NCBI GenBank assembly: GCA_038063915.1
Contig: JBBTUE010000004.1
Coordinates: 102,719 to 166,718 of the forward strand
Length of the DNA: 64,000 nucleotides
Source of the DNA: Patescibacteria group bacterium
GTDB taxonomy: Bacteria > Patescibacteriota > Minisyncoccia > Phycocordibacterales > UBA9973
Direction of reading: 5' to 3'
Under the pieces are notes generated by a model that saw only the letters and a program-made list of their open reading frames with translations, searched no databases and was not told the origin of the DNA. The position numbers and the translations under genes were made by a program. Shown piece after piece: positions 58,041 through 64,000 of the stretch (positions are counted from its first letter, which is position 1; the number at the start of each line of letters is the position of its first letter).

Positions 58041-59036
58041 ATGAGAAAAATTAGCTCGTTAACAATCGCAATCGTAGCCATGCTTACGATAATATCCTTT
58101 TGGTCTTGCACCAAAGAATGTGCTAACCAACCTACTAACTGTGTGGATACCCTCCGTAAAGTGGTAACGCCGGCATTTGCTGGACTTACTTCGGTGCAAA
58201 GTGGAACTACAAATGCTCCTATTGCATCATTTGATATTACGCCTTTATGCGAAAGTAAAAAGGTGACACAGCTCGTAGTTCAGCCGATGCTTACCGGGAT
58301 GGCTCCGACTGGCTCAAGCCTAATGAATGTATCTCTATACTACAAAGGGGTACAAATTGGCTCAACACGATCCTACGATGGGTTTACCCCGATTGTTTAT
58401 AATAATTTAGGCGGTCAGTTGATCCTTCTAAAGGATTCAATAAATACTTTGGTAGTCAAAGCAGATATATACATGACAAACGGTATACCATATAGTGCCG
58501 GAACGATTAAAGTAAAAATTTGGATTCCAGTAAGTGGGATGATAGGGTTTAGCTCTAACGTGAGCACTCAAGTTATTGATTTTCCAATCACTACAGGCCT
58601 ATCAGTAAACACTGATCTTATACTTATAGCAAAAAATCCTGCCTTGCCAAACACAACGACTTCTCCTAATACTGCCGGAGTGAAACAAGGTTCATTTGTC
58701 CTTCGTAATACGAATATGGTTGACCCGTTTCGTGTAACAAATATTGATGTTCGAATCAGCGGTACTACACCCTTGAATAATTTTACCAATATTAGAACTT
58801 CTGAAATGTCAGGGAATGGTGGCGTACCCATTGGAGTTGTACAGGCGTCGCAAATGTTTTCTGTTGATTTTATTTTACCACCTGGTACTTCTAAGGTGAT
58901 TGATATATTCTTTGATCAAGGTTCATTAACTGGTGGTACGGTCATTACCAGCATGAAGATTGGTTATCTTTCAACCACAACAAATGTCTTTTATAGCTCT
59001 GACTTAATAACCGGTCAGACTATGACAATAAATTAA
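58041..59036 (+). CDS. hypothetical secreted protein or lipoprotein
   Basis: Signal peptide with possible lipobox (ISFWSC), Thr/Ser/Asn/Val-rich beta-type sequence. Confidence 0.5.
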   Translation: MRKISSLTIAIVAMLTIISFWSCTKECANQPTNCVDTLRKVVTPAFAGLTSVQSGTTNAPIASFDITPLCESKKVTQLVVQPMLTGMAPTGSSLMNVSLYYKGVQIGSTRSYDGFTPIVYNNLGGQLILLKDSINTLVVKADIYMTNGIPYSAGTIKVKIWIPVSGMIGFSSNVSTQVIDFPITTGLSVNTDLILIAKNPALPNTTTSPNTAGVKQGSFVLRNTNMVDPFRVTNIDVRISGTTPLNNFTNIRTSEMSGNGGVPIGVVQASQMFSVDFILPPGTSKVIDIFFDQGSLTGGTVITSMKIGYLSTTTNVFYSSDLITGQTMTIN

Positions 59037-59056
59037 CTTACAAACCAATGTTTGTA

Positions 59057-59087
59057 AAAAACCATCCCTTTTACGGGGATGGTTTTT
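59057..59087. terminator. bidirectional terminator
   Basis: aaaaaccatccc-ttttacg-gggatggttttt, 12-bp stem. Confidence 0.55.
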
Positions 59088-60137
59088 CTACTCCTCATCT
59101 TGTGGTTTATCGAGAGTCATCGTCTCGATGTCTATCGGTACACCTGCAATACGCATGACGTCTTTGTCTACTTTTCTGAATTCGTGATTGGATTTATTAA
59201 AATGGTTCACAGTGGTTTCGAGCGCCGCGCCAAGCTTCTTGTGGTATTCTTCATATTTTTGTAGATGAGTGCCAAGTTCACCGACACGCTTAATTATCTC
59301 TTTCGCACCTTTTTCTATCTGTAGAGCATTTAATCCTTGAAGTACTGTCTGCAAATATGCAAGGAAAGAAGTAGGGGATACTATGATAACTTTGTATTTA
59401 CTCGCTGCGCGTTGAATCAGGTTCTCAGTATCTTCACCTTGTATCACGCCAATCTTATTTACAAGCAGATCATAGTAGATAGCCTCATGAGGTATGAACA
59501 TAAAAGCGAACTCCATAGTGTCATTTTCCGGCTGGATATATTTTGATGTCTCGACAATACGATTCTTCAGATCGTTCATGAATACTTTCTCCAGTCTTTC
59601 TTTTTCACCCTTATCATTAGTCTCGGATATTCGATTGTAATTCTCGAGAGAGAACTTCGAATCAATTGGGATGACTTTATCTTTTACAAATACTGCCGCG
59701 TCTACTATAGTCCCATCAGGGAATGGGTACTGCATTTGGTATGAGCCGGGAGGCATGACATTCTTCAATAATGTTTCTAAATAGTACTCACCAAGTATTC
59801 CTCGCTGTTTTGGATTCTTTAAAATATCCTGCAAGTTCTGAAGTTGGTCTGCAAAAGATACCACTTGCTTGTTGGTCTCATCCAATCGCGTAATCTTCTC
59901 CGTAATATCTGCCACAATGCGTGAAGTCTCGCTCGACTGATAGCGCATAGTCTGAGTCATTTCCTTCTGTGATTCACCCAATTTATGATCTAGTGTCCTT
60001 GATAGTTCGTTAATTTGCGCAAGCATAAGTTGCATGGCGCTGTCGTTACTTTCTATCGGCTTTTTTCGCAAGAAGAAAAACATACCTACAAAGAGTGCGA
60101 CTAGTAATATTATTATAATAATTAAAAGTATATTCAT
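59088..60137 (-). CDS. rmuC: DNA recombination protein RmuC
   Basis: N-terminal TM and coiled-coil, QRGILGEYYLETLL...IPIDSKFSLENY RmuC core. Confidence 0.8.
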   Translation of the reverse strand: MNILLIIIIILLVALFVGMFFFLRKKPIESNDSAMQLMLAQINELSRTLDHKLGESQKEMTQTMRYQSSETSRIVADITEKITRLDETNKQVVSFADQLQNLQDILKNPKQRGILGEYYLETLLKNVMPPGSYQMQYPFPDGTIVDAAVFVKDKVIPIDSKFSLENYNRISETNDKGEKERLEKVFMNDLKNRIVETSKYIQPENDTMEFAFMFIPHEAIYYDLLVNKIGVIQGEDTENLIQRAASKYKVIIVSPTSFLAYLQTVLQGLNALQIEKGAKEIIKRVGELGTHLQKYEEYHKKLGAALETTVNHFNKSNHEFRKVDKDVMRIAGVPIDIETMTLDKPQDEE

Positions 60138-60139
60138 AA

Positions 60140-60901
60140 TTATAATTTCCCTAAATGATATTTTAATGTATAAATCCAGTCTTCTTCGTTGTCAGGATTC
60201 AATTCTTTCTGTCCGAGCATCCAGTCTAAATATCCTGGATCAATATTTTTTACTTCTTCTATAGTCTTGCCATTGTATTTACCAAAAGGGAAGCTATTCA
60301 TTAGCGATGGCCTACTAGAAATTTCTATCATTTTTTCTATCGCTTCTTCCTCTGTAAGATTTTCTTCCCCGCCTGCAGAAGCTATGCCATCAGCATTGCG
60401 GGCAGGTTTCATTATCTTATCTAAAAGTCTTTTATACAGTTGCTCTAGCACAAGCACGTCACCAAGCGCATCATGAGCCTCAGCTTTGATTTCTATGTCC
60501 AAGTAGTAGCGTAAATATTGGAGCTTGTATTGAGGGATGACATTTTTTGTGTCGAGTGCTCTGGCTACGCGAAGGGTGCAGATAGTATGGGCCGGTGTAA
60601 TACCTTCCTTTTTTATAATTTCTTCATCAAATCGTGCATTGTGGGCGACCATGACAGCAGTTGGGTCTTCGAGCATTAGTTTTATCGCACCATAATTGCT
60701 ACTTTCTTGGAATGCTTTCTTATCTACGACATGCTTGTTCGTAATGTGTGTCACGGCGCTTGCCTCCGGTGGAATAGGGATAGGAGGTTTGAAAAGCTCA
60801 CAAAATGTTTCCTCGCTTGTCTTCCATGCCAGCTGACAAAGAAAATCTTTCACTGGTTCATTACCAGTCGTTTCAGTATCTAGGAATATAATCTTTTTCA
60901 T
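60140..60901 (-). CDS. DEDDh 3'-5' exonuclease (DnaQ-like) with ExoX-like C-terminal domain
   Basis: Exo I IIFLDTETTG, Exo II VAHNARFD, Exo III HDALGD; C-terminal FGKYNGKTIEEV...DPGYLDWML. Sits 2 nt upstream of rmuC. Confidence 0.7.
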   Translation of the reverse strand: MKKIIFLDTETTGNEPVKDFLCQLAWKTSEETFCELFKPPIPIPPEASAVTHITNKHVVDKKAFQESSNYGAIKLMLEDPTAVMVAHNARFDEEIIKKEGITPAHTICTLRVARALDTKNVIPQYKLQYLRYYLDIEIKAEAHDALGDVLVLEQLYKRLLDKIMKPARNADGIASAGGEENLTEEEAIEKMIEISSRPSLMNSFPFGKYNGKTIEEVKNIDPGYLDWMLGQKELNPDNEEDWIYTLKYHLGKL

Positions 60902-61056
60902 ATTACCTATTTTAACATAGAACGTTTCATCAAAATAGCTCCTCTTGAAATGCACACATAATTTGAAGCTTCAAATTTGCTCTGCTCGGCTACCCGCCTG
61001 CGCAAGGCATTTCTCAAGGACTATTTTGATTACACTTTTTTTGCTATAATCAGTCT

Positions 61057-61509
61057 ATGTTACATGAAGAAATCAAGAATAATATAAAGGAAGCAATGAA
61101 GGCACGCGATACTGTCACACTCGAGGTCATGCGTGGACTCTCCACTGCTTTTACCAATGAGCTCGTCGCTACAGGCAAGACTCCGCAAGATATGCTACCC
61201 GATGAGCAAGCTCTCGCTGTCATTACTCGCATGTCTAAACAGCGCAAAGATTCTATAGATCAATTTACAAAAGGTGGCCGCATGGATTTGGTAGCTGAAG
61301 AGACGGCACAGCTGGCAGTCCTCGAAAAGTATCTACCAAAATTGATGGACAAGAGCGAAGTGGAAAGTATCGCAAAGGCAAAGAAGGATGAGCTAGGTAT
61401 TACAGATAGTACGAAGAAGGGTATGCTTATGTCGGCACTTATGAAAGATTTAAAAGGCAAGGCCGATGGCAATGTGGTCAAAGAAGTCGTTGATTCATTA
61501 TTTTCTTAA
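61057..61509 (+). CDS. GatB/YqeY domain protein
   Basis: YqeY-family pattern along the full length (IKEAMKARD...RMSKQRKDSIDQFTKGGRMDL...KGKADG). Confidence 0.75.
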   Translation: MLHEEIKNNIKEAMKARDTVTLEVMRGLSTAFTNELVATGKTPQDMLPDEQALAVITRMSKQRKDSIDQFTKGGRMDLVAEETAQLAVLEKYLPKLMDKSEVESIAKAKKDELGITDSTKKGMLMSALMKDLKGKADGNVVKEVVDSLFS

Positions 61510-61520
61510 TTAAATCTCTT

Positions 61521-61865
61521 ATGAGAATTATTTTACATTGGATTATACTCTCGGTTGCCGTCTGGGCGACGACCCAAATAATCTCTGGGGTGACTGTTAG
61601 TCCTATTTGGGTGGCACTTATAGTAGGAGCCTGTCTGACACTTTTCAACATGTTCTTACGACCGATAATAAATATACTGACTCTACCTATAAATATGATT
61701 ACTCTTGGCCTATTTTCCCTAGTGGTAAATGGAATACTGTTTTGGTATTTAGGCACTATAATTCGAGGATTTTCTGTTACTACATTTACTGCTGCATTTA
61801 TAGGAGCATTACTAGTATCGATACTTAACTGGATTCTTACAAAATTATTCAACTTCAACTCGTAG
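61521..61865 (+). CDS. phage holin family 4_2 / YvlD (DUF360) membrane protein
   Basis: 4 TM helices, NMFLRPIINILTLPINMITLGLFSLVVNG core. Confidence 0.55.
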   Translation: MRIILHWIILSVAVWATTQIISGVTVSPIWVALIVGACLTLFNMFLRPIINILTLPINMITLGLFSLVVNGILFWYLGTIIRGFSVTTFTAAFIGALLVSILNWILTKLFNFNS

Positions 61866-61871
61866 CTTTAT

Positions 61872-62489
61872 ATGTTCACACTCAGTCATATCCAACATTT
61901 TGTCGAGCTGAATGCAAATATAGCCTATCTCTTAATATTCCTAGGCGTTATAATAGAAGGAGAAATAATTGTTGTCATTGCTGGCATATTTGCCCATTTG
62001 GGATCATTGAATATTTTCATCGCATTTATTGCTACTATGATAGGCGGAGGATCAAAATCAGTCATAGGCTATATAATCGGATATTATCTCCAGAAAAACC
62101 ATTCAGGTAAGCCAGTCCTAAGGTACGCTGAGCACCGGGTAAATTATTTCCTACCAAAGTTTGAAAAGAAACCGTTTTGGTCTATATTTCTTTCTCGTTT
62201 TTTGATACTCGGACTTCATTGGTTTACACTTCTTTTTGCGGGATACAAAAAGATAAGACTTCGTACATTTGCCGAAGCAGAGCTCGGGTCACTCCTTGTC
62301 TGGTCTACTTCGGTACTTGCACTCGGATACTTTTTCAGTTACACTGCGCTGTCGATAAGTCGCGACATCCGTAAATTTTTAATCATCATCTTACTATTCT
62401 TTATTGCTTTCTTTGTACTTGAACAGATAGTAGCTTTCATAATCGAACTATGGGAATCCAAAGGTGATAAAAATAATAAAAAAGAATAA
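61872..62489 (+). CDS. DedA/VTT-domain membrane protein
   Basis: IIEGEIIVVIAGIFAHLG... VTT motif region. Confidence 0.7.
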   Translation: MFTLSHIQHFVELNANIAYLLIFLGVIIEGEIIVVIAGIFAHLGSLNIFIAFIATMIGGGSKSVIGYIIGYYLQKNHSGKPVLRYAEHRVNYFLPKFEKKPFWSIFLSRFLILGLHWFTLLFAGYKKIRLRTFAEAELGSLLVWSTSVLALGYFFSYTALSISRDIRKFLIIILLFFIAFFVLEQIVAFIIELWESKGDKNNKKE

Positions 62490-62490
62490 T

Positions 62491-63417
62491 ATGTCATTTT
62501 TAAAGAAAAAGAAAATATTAGTCACACACAATGGTTCTTTCCATGCAGATGATTTATTTGCTTGTGCTGTTTTGATTATATGGTTGAAAAAGAGTAATCA
62601 ATCGGTCAAAATAATTCGTACTCGTGATAAAGAAACAATAGACAAAGCTGACTACGTATTTGATGTTGGTGGTATATATGATCCAGTGTCTAATCGCTTT
62701 GACCATCATCAGAAAGAAGGAGCAGGTGCTCGTGCAAATGGCATACCATATGCTTCTTGTGGTCTTGCGTGGAAACATTTCGGACTAGATACTTGTGATA
62801 ACAATATGGAAGTATGGAATCTTATTGACCGCAAGATATTTTCATCTCTTGATGCCATAGACAATGGTGTCGATATTATCTCACCAAAATTTAAAGACGT
62901 TATGCCTTATTCAGCTGATCAACCTTTTTTAATTTACTCGCCAACATGGGAGGAGATTGGTATTAATGAGGATTTGATTTTTAAACAGCAAGTCATGAAA
63001 GTTGTAGAAGTATTGGAAAGAGAGATTTATGTCGCCCTTACAGATCATCGTGGTAAGCAATTAATCAATGAGGCGTATACGAAGGCAACAGATAAAAGAA
63101 TTATCGAAGTCGCAAATGATTTCCCTAGGTACTTATTCCAGGATACCTTATCTCTGTTACCTGAACCAATTTATTTTATTTATCCAAGTGGGCATAGTTC
63201 ATCGTGGAAAGTTGAAGCAATTAGGAAGAACTCTGAAACATTTGAAAGTAGAAAAATGTTCCCTGAATCTTGGCGAGGATTACTCGATCGAGATCCCAAA
63301 CTTGTTGAACTTACTGGGGTACCAGACGTTAATTTTTGTCATAGAGGTGGTTTTTATATGACGGTAGACTCAAAAGAAGGGGCGATCGCCCTTGCTAAAA
63401 AGGCACTGCTCGCGTAG
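62491..63417 (+). CDS. MYG1/UPF0160 family metal-dependent hydrolase
   Basis: ILVTHNGSFHADDLFACAVL N-terminus, DHHQ motif; start at internal ATG (MSFLKK). Confidence 0.65.
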   Translation: MSFLKKKKILVTHNGSFHADDLFACAVLIIWLKKSNQSVKIIRTRDKETIDKADYVFDVGGIYDPVSNRFDHHQKEGAGARANGIPYASCGLAWKHFGLDTCDNNMEVWNLIDRKIFSSLDAIDNGVDIISPKFKDVMPYSADQPFLIYSPTWEEIGINEDLIFKQQVMKVVEVLEREIYVALTDHRGKQLINEAYTKATDKRIIEVANDFPRYLFQDTLSLLPEPIYFIYPSGHSSSWKVEAIRKNSETFESRKMFPESWRGLLDRDPKLVELTGVPDVNFCHRGGFYMTVDSKEGAIALAKKALLA

Positions 63418-63426
63418 AGTAAAATT

Positions 63427-64000
63427 ATGTTCATAGATGAAATAAAATTTCATGCGCAGGCTGGCCACGGCGGAGACGGGGTTGTTCGTTGGCGCCGGGA
63501 AAAGTTTATCGACAAAGGTGGTCCAAATGGTGGGGATGGGGGCCGTGGGGGCAGTATTTTTGCAGTTGCGGTTTCCGACATCCACTTGCTTTCAAAATAT
63601 AAACACAAAAAGGAATTCGCTGGTTTTAACGGCGAAGCCGGTATGGGAGGAAGTAAACATGGTAAACATCGCAAGGATTTAATCATAGAGCTACCAGTGG
63701 GGTCCATCATTACTAGTGTAGAGAGTGGAGCATCTATCTCGCTTGATGAAGTAGGGCAGAAGGAATTACTTTTGAAGGGTGGCCTTGGTGGCTGGGGTAA
63801 CGAACAATTTAAAACTTCTATCAATACAACTCCAACTAAGGCAACTAAAGGTAAACTTGGCGAGCAAGGTCACTTCAAGATAGAGCTTGAACTTTTTGCT
63901 GACATCGGCTTGATAGGACTACCAAATGCTGGGAAATCTTCATTACTTAATGCTGTGACGAATGCGCAGGCAAAAGTGGGTAATTATGAATTCACGACAC
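63427..64000 (+). CDS. obg: GTPase Obg (partial; runs off the window end)
   Basis: MFIDEIKFHAQAGHGGDGVVRWRREKF, GGDGGRGGS Obg fold, G1 GLPNAGKSSLL; no stop within the window. Confidence 0.85.
   Translation, partial: MFIDEIKFHAQAGHGGDGVVRWRREKFIDKGGPNGGDGGRGGSIFAVAVSDIHLLSKYKHKKEFAGFNGEAGMGGSKHGKHRKDLIIELPVGSIITSVESGASISLDEVGQKELLLKGGLGGWGNEQFKTSINTTPTKATKGKLGEQGHFKIELELFADIGLIGLPNAGKSSLLNAVTNAQAKVGNYEFTT

Noticed and set aside
1-64000. CRISPR array or cas genes
   Set aside because: There are no regularly spaced short repeats. The only repeated elements are terminator palindromes, one duplicated promoter and one pair of imperfect direct repeats. No Cas-like proteins are present.

Overview
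This is a low-GC (~35-38%), gene-dense chromosomal segment. It looks like a reduced-genome Patescibacteria/CPR (Parcubacteria-like) bacterium, and genes overlap or abut throughout. The evidence is short IF2, DnaX and RecO, four NUDIX genes, many small secreted or membrane proteins of no known family, and Kre9/KNH-like repeat proteins. Two of the ORF-track starts use TTG (shown at 4717 and 12092), and the 56459 ORF overlaps a tRNA, so I re-picked starts there. Identifiable content: a nucleotide-metabolism block at 65-5193 (ThyA-family enzyme, dCMP deaminase, glyA, 2 NUDIX, tmk, dut); argS, ileS, glyQS, metG, serS; rpsF-ssb-rpsR; rluB-like, RNase J, secG, rbfA-infB, clpB, parB, rel, topA-dprA, dus, dnaX, rmuC plus an exonuclease, and obg (partial); and four tRNAs (Leu-TAG, Cys-GCA, Tyr-GTA, Gln-TTG). 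There is no CRISPR array and no transposase or integrase. The most unusual observations: (1) the only ThyA-family gene carries Asp at the pyrimidine-discriminating Asn177 position (RSND...PFD, as in T4 dCMP hydroxymethylase), and it sits with a dCMP deaminase, glyA, two NUDIX hydrolases, tmk and dut; this suggests a cytosine-directed C5-modification or methylate-then-deaminate thymidylate module in a cellular chromosome. (2) ileS carries an in-frame ~200-aa histidine-phosphatase (PGM-like) domain exactly at the editing-domain/Rossmann junction, and a standalone paralog of that domain lies at 55809-56357. (3) An accessory block at 52.1-57.9 kb has a duplicated promoter element, an AT-rich ORF flanked by imperfect direct repeats, and a Gly/Tyr-rich secreted protein. 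(4) A GC-elevated lipoprotein with a Bacteroidetes-style signal sits next to tRNA-Tyr.
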